Under the pieces are notes generated by a model that searched no databases, was not told the origin of the DNA, and was given only the letters and a program-made list of their open reading frames with translations. This document shows positions 26,020-39,062 of a stretch of DNA of 64,000 nt, piece after piece. The position numbers and the translations under genes are program-made. Location: NCBI RefSeq assembly GCF_009914755.1, contig NC_060934.1. One strand, given 5' to 3'. Position 1 is the stretch's first letter. Each line of letters starts with the position of its first letter. Source of the stretch: the human T2T-CHM13v2.0 reference genome, Homo sapiens.

Positions 26020-27550
26020 CAGCGCCCTCGCCCTGGAGCGCACACTCCTCGAAGCCCCACGGTGGGCTCCACTCTCCCTAAACGCACAGGCGCGCGTGGG
26101 GCTCACAAGGCACAGGCACGGCTGCGCTCCCTCCCATGTGCCGTGAATAAGCGCGCCCGCGCTTCCGCAGCCCTCCCCCGCCTGCACCTCACACAGACCA
26201 CACACCGCGGACCACCCCTCGCCCGGCACATCCTCCTCAGAGCAACAGGTGGTTCTGCGCCCCTCAAGTCGTCCGGGCTCCTACACGCCCGTCCCCACCC
26301 CTTCCAGGCTCGCAGGAGCCACTGTGCTCTCGGCGTCCGCGGGCCGCGCCGCGAAGGGCAGGGCAGGAGCAGAGGCAGGCTGGGCGCCGCCCACCGGGCA
26401 GTAGGTGCTCCAGCGGGGACGCACAGAGGGCGGCGCGCGGGTCCTCAGGGCGGGCACCCTCCCGCACGGGTCGGGATGCAGGGGACCGTCGCACCCCTCC
26501 CGAGCCCGACAGCGCAAGAACCCTGCCCCGCGGCCTTGCGCCTGGGCCCGCCGCAGCCCTACCTGGGGCTCCAGGAACATTCTGGCCGCCGGCTCCCCGC
26601 GCCGTCCTGCCCGGTCCGGCGTCCAGCGAGCGGCGGCTCCTCTGCCCGCGAGCCAAGCAAGCACCCACTCCTGCGCCGGCCCCTGCCGCTGGACGCCTCC
26701 GCTGGAGGGGTGGGACCCCGGAAGCAGGGAACCGAGGGGCTGGGCTGGGGACCGCGGGGTCCGGGCGGGGCAGAGGGGCCGCGAGGCCGGCCAGGAACGC
26801 GGGGCGGGGCCGAGGCTAGGAGCATGGCGCGGAGGTGGGGCAGGGACCCGGGGCGGCCTGGAGCGCTGTCAGGAGGAGCTGCCTGGGCCGGGCGCGCGCC
26901 TGGCGCTAGGTGTGGGGGCGCCGTAGGTGCCGGGGTGTGAGGCTGGACGGGGCGTCCGGGATCGGCCGTGCCGGGGGTCGGTGCTGGCGCGCGGGGCCGG
27001 CGAGGGGGCGCAGCGTGGGTCGGGGCTCGGCGCGGGAAGGGGATGCCTCTTACCCGGCCCCGGCCTCACCTGATCGTAGACGTCCACTACGGAACTACAG
27101 CAGGTGTTCTGCCAGCATTCGACTTGAATGCCTTCCCTGACAGGGCGCTCACTCCACACAGCTCTGGCCTGAGACAGGCGTCGCACAGAACTCCCTGTCC
27201 TTCCATTTCATTGGAACTCGGGGGACACGGCAGCTGCTTTTGTGGGAGGGCTGATCCGAGCCGCAGCGAGGGGTGGGCTGGGCACATGGCACAGTGAGGC
27301 TCCTCCCGCCCCCAGAGCCCCAGCCTCAGAAGGAATCTGCCAGGTGATGGGGCTACCCCTCTGCGCATTCCTGTGGTGGACCCCACTCCCTCAGATGATG
27401 CGGACGGGAAAGATGCGCGGAGCCGAAGAGCGCCCTCTCTGGGGGTCTGGATTGGAGCACCCAGCACCTGAGCTGGGTGAGAGACCCCTTGGGCTCTGGG
27501 GGAGTCCGAGTTGGCCGGCGGGGCGGCCGCTAGGGAGGAGCAGGGTATGC
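26020..27550. promoter_or_regulatory. Intragenic CpG island / proximal alternative promoter
   Basis: CpG-dense about 1.5 kb. GC boxes at 26763-26771 and 26801-26810 lie upstream (minus strand) of the MFLEPQ exon. Confidence 0.85.
26563..26580 (-). CDS. RASGEF1A: RASGEF1A alternative (proximal) first exon, coding part MFLEPQ; splices in frame to give MFLEPQETMPQTS...
   Basis: GCCAGAATGTTCCTGGAGCCCCAG|GTAGGG inside a CpG island. The 18 nt plus GAAACT of the next exon keep frame with the main ATG. Agrees with my recollection of an isoform 8 aa longer. Confidence 0.8.
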
Positions 27551-29040
27551 TCAGCTTGAACCTCACAGAGAGGCTCTGACAACTCTGGAGAGCTCTCAAG
27601 CCACGGGCTGATGGACAATCGTGACCCTGACAACATCTGGCCGCCCCAGGATGCCCATACCCTCACCCCACCTCCACCCCCACGGCTCTTGCCCAGGCCT
27701 TGCCAGAGGCCCTCTGCCTCCCAGCTTGTTTGCCTGCTCACTTACTAGCAGCAAGAGTACCTACTAGGCTGGCTCGATGGGCAGTTGTCTCTGTCTTGGG
27801 AAAGTAGGGGCTGTGCTGGGTTCATTCACTGGCCTCCCTCAAGCCAGCTCAAGGGCCTGGAGACAGGAGTCCTTCTCCTGGAGTGCTGCCCTCTCACCAG
27901 CTCTTCTCTACCAGTGAGTGTTGGCCTGGCCTGGAACCGCTTCCCACTGCTCAGAGCATGCACTATACATTACTGCGTGGTATGCAGCGCCTGTGGGTGG
28001 GCAGTGCGGGGAGTACGAGGCAACCAGGCAGAAATGGCACAGTGGCCCTCCAGCTTTCACAATGTCCTCCCCCACTTTTGCTTCTGCATCTTGTTTCAGG
28101 CCAGCCAGAAGATGCGAAGCTCATGGTGACCTTGGCAGGCAGACAGGTGGCATCAGGATGGTCTGGGCCTGCAGGGCCACCCTGTCCCTTCAGGTGGCTT
28201 CATGGAGAGCACCAAGAAGGTGAAACCTGGTGTCTTGCCCCTGGGGAAGCCTTCGAGGCACCTGCCCCTGCCTTCCTCAGCCCTGTACCGTAGCCCTGCA
28301 GAACATCTGGGCCCTGGGGTGGCCCCAGTGTTGTCTCAGGAAGTCCATGTGAGCAGTTGGCCCTGCTGCCTCCTGACCCCAGAGCAAGCATCCCCTCTGC
28401 CTCCCTGAATGTGACACTCTAGAGGAGGTGGTGGATGGGTGGGCAGCCCCACAAGCCTTCTTATGCAGTCACAGGGTCACTTCCTATCACGCTCATCCCA
28501 GATTGCACCAGTGTCACCCAAGGACCTTGATAAGGCAGACGCTTCCCCGGGAGGAATGGGGCCCTTGCCCCCATCTCTGGCTGACACAGATGGTGCTGTC
28601 TCCTTTACCCACCAGTGTGATCTCAGCATTCATGTGTGACCTGACCCACATCCTTCCTGGTGCCTGAGGATGCGAGGAGGCTGCTATGCTGGGGCTGAGC
28701 CCTGCCAGGCGTCCTGCTTGCATCCCTGCAGCTGGGGCTGAGGCTGTCCTGCAGGGAGGGCTGGTGGGCCCTGAGGCAGAATCCCACTGCCACTTCAGAA
28801 AGTAGAGAAGAAGCCAGGTGTGGTGGGGCCAGTGGCCATCTGCCGGGACTTCAGGGAGACCAGACACACAGGAAGAGGCACTTTCTCCAGACACCTCCTT
28901 TAGGGGCAGGGCACAAGGCCTGGAACAAGGCTGCCTCTGACCAGAGCAACAGAGCCTGCTCTGAGGATGGCAGAGCCTAGAGCAGGCAAGCTGTCAAGAT
29001 TCTGGGTTGAGGGTCACAGGACAGGAGGCTGGACTCCCGC

Positions 29041-29752
<712 letters not shown>

Positions 29753-29799
29753 CTCGCAAAGGCTCCCTCTCAGAGTCCACCCTTGCTGTCTCCACACAG

Positions 29800-30215
29800 C
29801 AGCCGGGGGGGATCTCTTAGAACCTGAGTCAGAAGCTCCGTGACTCCCACCTCAATCTCGATGAAGGCAGAGTCCTAACGAATAGCCCCATCAGGGACCT
29901 CAATGCTCCCTGCTCAGCCTCGACAGGCCCTGCCCACCCTCCCCCTGCGTGCAATGTGCTCTGCAGTGTCTGTGGCCCCCCACCCCGACAGGCCACCTTC
30001 TCACTAACACAGCTGCAATGCCATCCTCTGCCCCAGCATTGTCCTGCCATGGAATGGTTTTCCTTAAGGTTACTGGGTCCAGCAGAGCCTTTCCACCTTC
30101 TGGTTCATTCGTCTGCTCTCCTGAGAATGTGAGCTCCATGAGGGCAGGATCTTTGTTTTGTTGACTGCTACATCCCAATGACTGTAACATGTCTATGCAC
30201 AGAGGCACTCAGAAC
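29800..30215 (+). mobile_element. L2 LINE 3' fragment
   Basis: AGAATGTGAGCTCCATGAGGGCAGGATCTTTGTTTTGTT...GCACAGAGGCACTCA. Confidence 0.65.
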
Positions 30216-30218
30216 CTA

Positions 30219-30257
30219 TGTGTGTGCACGTGTGTGTGTGCGTGTGTGTGTGTGTGT
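30219..30257. repeat. Imperfect (TG)n microsatellite
   Basis: Alternating purine-pyrimidine run. Confidence 0.9.
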
Positions 30258-30289
30258 AGACAGATACAGAGACACAAGTGTGAATAAGG

Positions 30290-31125
30290 ATATGGTTGTA
30301 TATATCCAGCACAGGACTCATATCCAAAATATATAAAGAACTCATGTAAATAAAAAAGTCAGAAGACTCAATTTTTTACAAATGGGCAAAAGACTTGAAG
30401 ACATATTTCACTGAAAGAAGGCTATCCAAGGGGTGATAGGCCTAAGAGAGCACCCAGCTCCATGACTCATCTGGGAAAGGCACTAAACTGCGGTGTGGCA
30501 CCCTGCACACCCAGCAGCAAGGCTACCATCAAAAGGCAGAAAATGCCACGTGCTGACGAGATAGCACAACCCAAATTCTCAGCTGCTGGCGGCGCGGCAG
30601 GGTCAGCTGGTGCAGCCAGGCGGGAAAACAGCCCGATCATGCCTATGAACACCGACCACACCAGGCCCAGAAATTCCATCCTGGATGGAGGCTGTGCAGA
30701 AACACTAGAGACTCACACCAAAGGACACACGCAGGAGTGTCTGCAGCAGCCCTACTCACAAGGGCTTCGAACTGAAAATGAACCAAGCATCCCCCACAGG
30801 GGACTGGGTTTCCACCGAGCTGTGGCATGTGTCACTCAATGGAACGCTCCAGGCCGAGGATAACCCACCCAGACAACCACAGGCAAGGGCAGGGAGTCAA
30901 GGACACCAGGCACAAAGAGCATCTAAGGTTGGCCCCACGTGGAGCCAGCTCAGGGCCGGGGGGGGCACCCTCACCCCCAGAGGTCTGGGGTGCTGCCCTG
31001 GGGAAGGGGCTGGAAGGGGCTGGATCTGGGTGTCCCTGCGGAGTCACCCCATGAAAAATCACCAAGTGTACACTGTGGCTCTGGCTCAGGCATGTTTCTG
31101 TGTGTGTTACACTTCAATCACATGA
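30290..31125 (+). mobile_element. Ancient L1 (L1ME-like) ORF2 end / 3' UTR remnant
   Basis: ATATCCAAAATATATAAAGAACTC...AAATGGGCAAAAGACTTGAAGACATATTTCAC followed by colinear but GC-shifted 3' motifs. Confidence 0.65.
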
Positions 31126-33229
31126 AGAAAACTGAAGGAGAGAAAAATAAGAGAGAACATCTGGGCCAGGACAGGTAGAAGCTGTCGGCACCTCAGGGCC
31201 TATCTAGGTCTGCTGTGGCCACGCCTGAGGGAAGAAGGGATGTGGAGGAAGGGACCTGAGCCTCCCTCCGCTCATCCCCCCAAGAACAAAGGCAGAGTTG
31301 GGGCAAACCCTGCTCCCTCTTCTAAAAGGCACAGCCTACAGGGTCAAGCAATGGCAAGTGAGAGGCATCCACTGGTTTTGGAGGATGGAAGGTGGCCTGA
31401 GGCAGGTGACAGACCTTGCAGAACAGAGAAGCAGGAGCCCAGTGCCCCACAGGGGGCTGATGAGGACCACGCCGGTGCTACAGAGGCCCTGATGAGGCTC
31501 AGCCCACAAGGCCTTGGGTTCCAGGAGGAGGGTCAAGGGACAGAAAGGCCCTGGCCCCCCACCCTGCCCTGCTGATGCCACCTCATTACTGGGCCACACC
31601 ACACAGTCCAAGAGTTTCGGGTCCAAACCCTGAAGGTGATGGCGCATACCTCTCTATCCTCTCCAGGGCATGAAGTGGGGCCCGAGATGCCAATTCACAA
31701 GGGTGCTGGCAAAACACGAAGCAAAATGAACCAAGCCCTCAGTGAGCTCCAGAGGCTCCTCAGACAGCCCCTGCCTCCTCAGGGGTCCGAGGGCTCACGC
31801 TGTCTGCCAGACTCAAGCCTCCTGCACACACAGCCACGGTCTGCAGAGAGGCCCCTCCAGGCTCCTCCAAGGCTGGTCAGTACCCCTGGGCAGAGGCCAC
31901 TGATGGCCCTAATCAAAACCACACCTAAACACACCCACAGGCTCCAGGGACGGTTGTCTGGCAGCCAACCCTGTCCCTTGGGTCAGTGGGGAACCCCTAA
32001 GCCTTCCAGAATTTCCCTCAGGCCATACCATTAGTGCTCCCTTTTGGAGAATAATATTCCATGCACTGAATCACTCATGGCTTTAGGCATAAAGCGTGAA
32101 GGAGGGGGTGAATGGGAGTCAGCTGAGCTTTCTGATGCGCAAGGCAACATCCTTCCAGGCACCAGCATACCTGGGCAGGAGCCCACCGGCCACAGCGTCA
32201 GGCACACCTCTCCCCAGTCGTCTGAGTCAGAGCCTCCACATCTTTGAGAAGCTCATCAAGATACCATGGTGGATTTAGCCCTTCCACATCCTATTCTGCC
32301 TCCTGGGGTCCATGAGTCTTTCCTGAGGCTCTTCCTGGGGTCCTGTGTCCATGCGCCTTGGCCACCCCTCCTCAGCCACACTCAGAGAATCCAGGGTTTC
32401 AGCAATGCAGCAGTGTGGGGAAGGCAGGAATGCCAGGCTGGGAGGCTTCCTCCAGATGGGGCTCTCAAACCTGACCACACTGCCCAGGAGCTTGCTAAAA
32501 AGGCAGTGCCAAGGCGCCATCCTCAGAGATCCTTCCTGCCCCCATTGGTGTGTGGGACTCAGTGCTCAGGGAGGCGGCACCAGTTAAAACTCGGCTTGGG
32601 ATGCAGGGCCTCTGGTCCAGGGGAAGAGAGCCCACCACACTGAGTGCCAGCCTGCCACATGCACAGGGGACAGTGGAGAACGCATCCAGGGATCGGGGGG
32701 ACACAAGGCATGGGATGGGGACACAGCATCATGCCCAGCACAATGGGACCCAACAAGGGAGGAGGCTGCAGCCACACAGGCAGGACGGGTGAGGGCCAAG
32801 ACAGGGCCCGGGAAGTCACTTCCCCGAGATGAAGCAGATGATGACCAACAGGGACCCCTCCCATCACAAGGCTCTGGATACCCACCCCATCACCTGAGCA
32901 GAGACCTGCACAAAGTGAGACACAGATAATACCCCTGACACCCCAATGAGAAAGAGAGAAGAGGGACAGCACATGGAAATAGGGCAGACCCAGCCAGGAG
33001 CAAACTACTTCATGGTGACAAAAAGCTTGCAAGTTAAAGCCTTGAGTCATCACTTGGCACCTGTGAAATCTGCAAAAATAATGTTAAAGGTAATATAGAG
33101 TGTGAGCTTAAGCGTCAGGGAAAAGCCAGGGTCACTGGCAGGAAAAGGAGAGAAATGGACAGCAGGTATCCCCAAGCACCTCCCTGGAGCAAAGACATGG
33201 CAGCAGGCATCGTCTAGGGCACCGCGCAT

Positions 33230-33415
33230 CCATGTGTGTTTGTGTGACCTTGTGTGCGCATGTATACATGTGCTTGAGTGTACATGTGTGCCTGAGCAGG
33301 TGTGCGTATGCACATGTGTGCTTTCTGCATGTGTGCATAGGCATGGGTGTGTGTACATAGTTGCATGCATGCATTACGAGTATGCAGGCCTATGCATGTG
33401 TGCATGTCTGCACCT
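33230..33415. repeat. Degenerate (TG)/(CATG) low-complexity tract
   Basis: Purine-pyrimidine alternation with TGTG/GCAT units. Confidence 0.8.
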
Positions 33416-33825
33416 GCGCCTATAAAACAGACAAGCATCCACATACCAAAAGTCTAATCAGGGTGCCTTCCTCCACTGGCCAGCATACACCTTCTCTCCG
33501 TCTCTCGCGCCCTCCCTCCTCCTCTTCTCTCCATTTAGCCTTATCAAGTGCTTCCCAAGTTCTCTCCAATTACTATGAATGGCTTCATCACAGCATAACA
33601 CAGTATGTGCTCATCTTCTAAAACCAGGACATGAGGCATCCCTGCTCCCACTAAGACTGTGCAAAGTTAAGGCTGGAGCAGCAGTGGCCCACTCAGGGCT
33701 CGCCCCTCCCTCAGAGCCCTTCACAGGCTCCTGGAGAAGAGAGACTCAGAGGAGACCCTGCCTGAGAGCTCACACCTGAGATCACCTGGTGTGTAGGGGA
33801 CAAGGGGGGGATACTTAGGACCATA

Positions 33826-34138
33826 GGGGGGTCTCAGGGCCAGCCTGGCCTTGTGGGAGGGTCTCAGGGCCAGCCTAACCTTGTGAGGGTCTTAAGACCA
33901 GGCTGGCCTTGTAGGGGGTCTTAGGACCAGCGTGGCCTTGTGGGGAGTCTCAGGACCAGTCTAACATTGTAGGGTATCTCAGGACCAGCCTGGCCTTATA
34001 GAGGGTCTTGGGACCAGGCTAACCTTGCAGGGAATCTTGTGACAAGCCTAGCCTTGTTGGGGGTCTCATAACCAGCCTAGCCTTATAGAGGATCTCAGGG
34101 CCAGTGTGGCCTTGTGAGGGGGTCTTGGGGCCAGCCTG
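33826..34138. repeat. 29-bp degenerate minisatellite, about 11 copies
   Basis: Consensus GGGGGTCTCAGGACCAGCCTGGCCTTGTA; RTCTY anchors at 33831, 33861, 33889, 33918, 33947, 33976, 34005, 34034, 34063, 34092 and 34122. Confidence 0.92.
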
Positions 34139-34964
34139 CTCTATGGGAATTGGAGGCACCAGTCAAGGAGAGAGGCTTCTGTCTCCCTGGGTCCTTGGTT
34201 TCCACCCATCCTTGGCCAGTACCTTCACTCCTCCCCGACCCCGGAGGCTCCTAGTCTGTTCTCCTGCTTCACCTGCCCTCCAATGGAGCCCCTGGCCATC
34301 ATGGGCCCAGGCCCCGGAGCTGATCCCTGACCCCACTGTTGTGCCCCTAACTCCCACTCTCCCCCTCCTCCCCTCCCCTCCCCCCCACCTCCATTTCCCC
34401 TCAGCCTCTGCCCTCTCCAGACCACAAACACAGTCCTCCTGACCCCGGCTCCTCCTGAGCTGCCTCCCAACCTCTCTTTTCTTCTTACCTACATTTCTAG
34501 AAAGAGCAGCTGCATCTGCTATTTTGCAGCCAATTCTGCCTCCTCCCTCCAGTCCCTGCTGTGCTCATCAGAGGCACCAGGCTAACGCACGGCGTGGGTT
34601 CCAACCAAGCCCAGGCCTGAACGCACTCATGCCAGGATGCCTAGCTGGCTCCGCTCTCCCCAAACTCAGCTGCTACTCCTCAGGGATCCCACGACACCCA
34701 GCCCCATAGAAGTCCCAGGGACCATCCCAGCATGGCCCCAGCACATAGACCACAGAGCTTCTCTGCCTGAATGTCCCAGGACCGCCATGTGATGTCTCCT
34801 CTCCCACAGGGAATAGAGCCCTGTCCTGCAGACACTCAGGCACAGGCAAACAGAGACCCAGCCATTGTACCTGTGGGCGGGGATCTGGGCTCAGCACAGC
34901 CCACCTGCCCATCAGGGGAGTGGGCCACACAGGCCAAGGCGGCCAGGCCTGACGCAGGTGTGCC

Positions 34965-35279
34965 TGAGACCCGCCTTCAGGAGGATTAGCCATCATAGAT
35001 TGAGACCCGCCTTTGGGGGGCGGGGGGGAGGGGGGGTGCTGCAGATTGAGACCTGCCTTCAGGAGGGTTTGCCATCACAGAGTAGTTAGCCATGTCGACT
35101 TAAAGGGGTCTTCAGGGGAGTTAGCCGTGGCTAGTTTATGTGTGCCTACAGGAGGGTTAGCCGCCGCAGATTGAGACCTGCCTTCGGGGGTGTTGTATCG
35201 CAGATTGAGACCTGTCTTCAGGAGGGTTAGCCATCGCAGAGTCAGACCTGCCTTCAGCAGGGTTAGCCATCGCAGATTG
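34965..35279. repeat. 36-bp degenerate minisatellite, about 8 copies
   Basis: Consensus GAGACCTGCCTTCAGGAGGGTTAGCCATCGCAGATT. Confidence 0.88.
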
Positions 35280-35919
35280 TCTGGTTTCCTACCCTTGAGC
35301 TGCTCAGTGTACTTCACCGAACTGCAGTACTTTAGATAGCTCTACTACTACCGTTTTTGACAGTTTACTTATATTTCATTTAAGTTTAGTGGGGGAAAGC
35401 CTGGGTTCCCCAGCCTCCTTGTTCACTGCCCCAGCCCCATGTCCACATACACTCCTGCAACTCTGCAAAGACACCAGGGTGCTGTGAGGGTCCCGTGGGT
35501 TTCCCCAGGTCCTCTTTTGGCAGGTCCCTATAACATGTTGCAGGGCAGGGGAGAGGCTGTCTGTGATGGGCAGGGCCCCTGACTGCCATTCGGGCAAGTG
35601 GGGATACTGAGGGACCCTGAAAGATATCAGGGTCAGGCTGGTAGGGCATGTGGGCAGCAATGCATCTCAGGGAGTCCTGCCCCCTCTTCCATGGGAAGGG
35701 CCCACAGCTGCCATCCCCATGAGCCAGAGAGGATGACACTCTAGGCTGGTGGAAAGGGACCTGATATCAAATGGAAATGAGGCAACCCACGAATACACAA
35801 GTCTGCACGTGCTTCTGTGCATGTGTCTGTTCCTAGAGCAGACACAAATGTTCCAGAAGTTTCTTTCTTAGTCATTCACAGAATCACAGGCTCTCGAAGA
35901 AGGGGTATTATTCATTCTA

Positions 35920-36275
35920 ATCAGTGGTGCCTGGAATGATGCCCTGTAGTTTCTTTACTTGCCCCAGACACCTGCAGCTCCCTGGAGAGAGCCCCTCAGC
36001 TCCTGGCAACTCCATACGTTCTGTGGCAGCTGCAGGGTATTCCACTGGGTAGGTGGGCTGCCACACATGTAAGAGGTCCTCTAGCAAAAGACACCAAGGT
36101 GCTTTACAGTCTTTGGCAACGAAAAACACTCCTGCAATGGGCATTATTGATGAAAAGTTTTTATTCAAATGTGTGACCACATATAAAAGATGAACTCCTA
36201 ATACTTGATGTGCTGGGTCAAAGGTTATGATCATTGTAAGTTTAAAGAGACATCCCAGAAGTGCTTTCAATAGAG
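35920..36275 (-). mobile_element. Ancient L1 (L1ME-like) fragment, left part
   Basis: GTATTCCACTG...CAGTCTTTGGCAAC...TGCTGGGTCAAAGGTTATGATCATT antisense L1 motifs. Confidence 0.5.
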
Positions 36276-38171
36276 TATAGCCAGGTAGTGAAAATGGTGG
36301 AGTAAGGACCTCCAAAAACCCTCTCTTCCATAAACGCAACAAGAAAACCAGCAAAAAACAAAAAGGTCAGAATCCACTTTTTTAGAACTTCCAAAATTAA
36401 CTAAACGCTTGCAGAAATCTTAGGAGGATTTATTCAAAAAACATAACTGAATCTCAGTAAGAATTGCAAATTTTATAGCACTTGAACTTGCCCTAGTCCC
36501 ATCCCTGACTCTCTATCCCAAGTGCCTTGAAAAGTAGGACCCCACATTCATCATGAAAACCACTGGCGTAGCAGCCCCTGGAGGGAAAACAGCAATGGAA
36601 CTCTTTCAAAGCTTCATTCTCAGAAAACTGTCATTATTTGACCTGTCCAGTAGTTCCCATGGAGACCCCACTTACAAGGATGTCTGTATTTGACCTGACT
36701 CAGAGGTCTCAAGTACAAAAATCATATTCCCCAAGGTTCATTGTCAAAAACAATTACTGGTATTTAATTTCACAAATGCCTGAAGCAGTAGATAACAGTG
36801 AAGCAAGCAATAGACTAACCAGAAAGCTTAAAAGGAAAGTTTCAGTAATGACATGATCATAGGGGTTTTGAAAAACTGCAGTGCATTCCTGAGAATCTAG
36901 AAGGTCAAGTGCATGCTCAGGGCTGTGCACATGCTCAGAAAAGTACTTGGGAAACCCTAAGCACTCACTTCTGGCTGACTTTGAGTCTCTGTGCAAGCAG
37001 GAAGAGAAGACTAAGGCAGAGTTATCAGCTGCTTAGCTGAGAGCTGAAAGCATACCCAAAGACACAGAGCCCCTTAGCGAAGACTGAGAACTTTATTGAC
37101 TCCAGGCACTTATGAAAATTTCTTTCCAATCATTATTTGACCGCTAAGATAACTGAGCAGAGATTTCAGTGCCACACACAAAAGAATACAGACTTTGCAG
37201 AAGTAATCCAGAAATGTCACAAAACAAACAACCATTACTACAATAAACAGCAGCAACAACAAACCCCAAAGAGTGGGGAGAATCTGATTTCCAGAATTGA
37301 CTTACTAAACAAAAACTTTCAATCAGCTACTTTAAGTATATTTTTTAAAGACTGAAGGAATTGATGTTTAAAGAACTAAAGGAAAGTATGGAAGCAATAT
37401 ATCAAACAGAGAATATCAATAAAGGAATACAAATTATAAAAAAGAACCAAGCAGAAATTCTGGTGTTGAAAACTAAGTAAATGAAATGAAACATAGCAAG
37501 AGGGGCTCAACAACAGGTTTGAACAGAGAGAAGAAAGAATCAGTGACTTGAAAAAACGTCCATTGAGATTATCCAGTCTGAGGCACAGAAAGAAAAAAGA
37601 AAGGAACAAATAAATAGAGCCACAGACACCATAATGGACACTATCATATGTATAAGAAGAGTCTCAGAAAAAGAGGAGAGTGAGAAATAAGGCAGAAAAA
37701 AAATATTAGAAGCAATAATGGCTAAAATTTTCTAAGTTAGATGAAAATATTCATCTCCATATCCTAAAAGTTCAGCAAACTCCAGGTAGATTTCTTATCA
37801 GGAACCATGAAGGGCAGGAAGCAGTTGAGCTGACACGTTCAAAATACTGAAAGAAAAGAGGTGTCAACCATGAATTCTTTATGCAGCAAAATTGTCATTC
37901 AAATATGAAAGGGAAATTACCTGACAAATAAAATAGAGAACTCGTCAGAAGAAGACCTGCCTTATAAGAACTACTAAAGAGAGTCCTTCAGGCTGAAATA
38001 GTAGGACAATAAGCAGCAACTTGAAATCATGTGAAAAAATAAAGAGGACCATTAAAGGTAACTTTACTGGTTTTATATTTATTGCTATATATTAGTAAAT
38101 ATAAAAGATAGTATAAACACATTTTATGCACTTAACTCTATTTTTCTCCTATTTGAATTAAAAGACAACTG

Positions 38172-38200
38172 GTCTATGACCATACTACCCTGAATGTGCC
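38172..38200 (+). pseudogene. Tailless 5S rRNA retropseudogene (nt 1-29 of 5S rRNA)
   Basis: GTCTATGACCATACTACCCTGAATGTGCC vs 5S 5' end GTCTACGGCCATACCACCCTGAACGCGCC (24/29, all differences transitions); exact 18-bp direct repeats TGAATTAAAAGACAACTG at 38154-38171 and 38201-38218. Confidence 0.88.
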
Positions 38201-38762
38201 TGAATTAAAAGACAACTGCATGAAACAATAATTATAAGTATAGATTGATGAGCACACAAGGTATAAAAATGTAAATTTTATGGCAGTAACAGCACAAAGG
38301 AGAGGAGAGGCAACAGAACTACAGAGGAGCAAAGTTTTTGAATACTGTTGCAATTGAGTTTGTATTAATCTGAACATTGACATGTACATATAACATATAC
38401 ATAGTTATTTGTTAAGATATTAATTATAACCCTACAGGCAACAGGTAAGAAAATAACTCAAAAATATACAATAAAGGAAAAGACAGAAATTAAAATGGTA
38501 CACTAGATAATATCTAAATATCTATTTAACACAAAAGAAGAAAATAATGAAGGAATAGAGGAACAAAAATGGCATAAGACATAAAAAACAAATAGCAAAT
38601 CCTACCTTATCAGTATTTACATTAAATGTAAATGAATTAAACACTCCAGTTAAGAGTCAGAGATTATCAGAGTTAAAAAAAAAAACATGATCCAACTACA
38701 TGGCTTTCTAAAATAGACCCACTTTAGAGAGAAGAACACAAATAAGTTGAAAGTGAAAATAT

Positions 38763-39062
38763 GGCCGGATGCAGAGGCTCACGCCTGTAATCCCAGCACT
38801 TTGGGAGGCTAAGGTGGGTGGATCACGAGGTCAGGAGATTGAGACCATGCTGGCTAACACAGTGAAACCCCATCTCTACTAAAAATACAAAAAAATTAGC
38901 CAGGCATGGTGGTGGGCACCTGTAGTCCCAGCTACTCAGGAGGCTGAGGCAGGAGAATGGCGTGAACCCAGGAGGTGGAGCTTGCAGTGAGCCAAGACTG
39001 CGCCACTGCACTCCAGCCTAGACGACAGAACGAGACTCCATCTCAAAAAAATAAATAAATAA
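38763..39062 (+). mobile_element. AluY
   Basis: Y diagnostics (GGATCACGAGGTCAGGAGAT, CTGGCTAACAC, GAATGGCGTGAACCC, GGAGCTTGCAGTGAG); TSD GAAAGTGAAAATAT at 38749-38762 and 39063-39076. Confidence 0.96.

Noticed and set aside
26559-26825. ATG at 26825 that would give a 142-aa overlapping ORF in the third frame if spliced at 26563 (stop at 2884-2882)
   Set aside because: It lies upstream of the GC boxes at 26763-26810 and so probably upstream of the proximal TSS; relevant only if CAGE shows starts beyond 26825.
25843-26940. 365-aa plus-strand ORF
   Set aside because: Lies in a CpG island where stops are rare; Arg/Gly/Pro/Ala-rich, non-ATG start, no recognisable domain.
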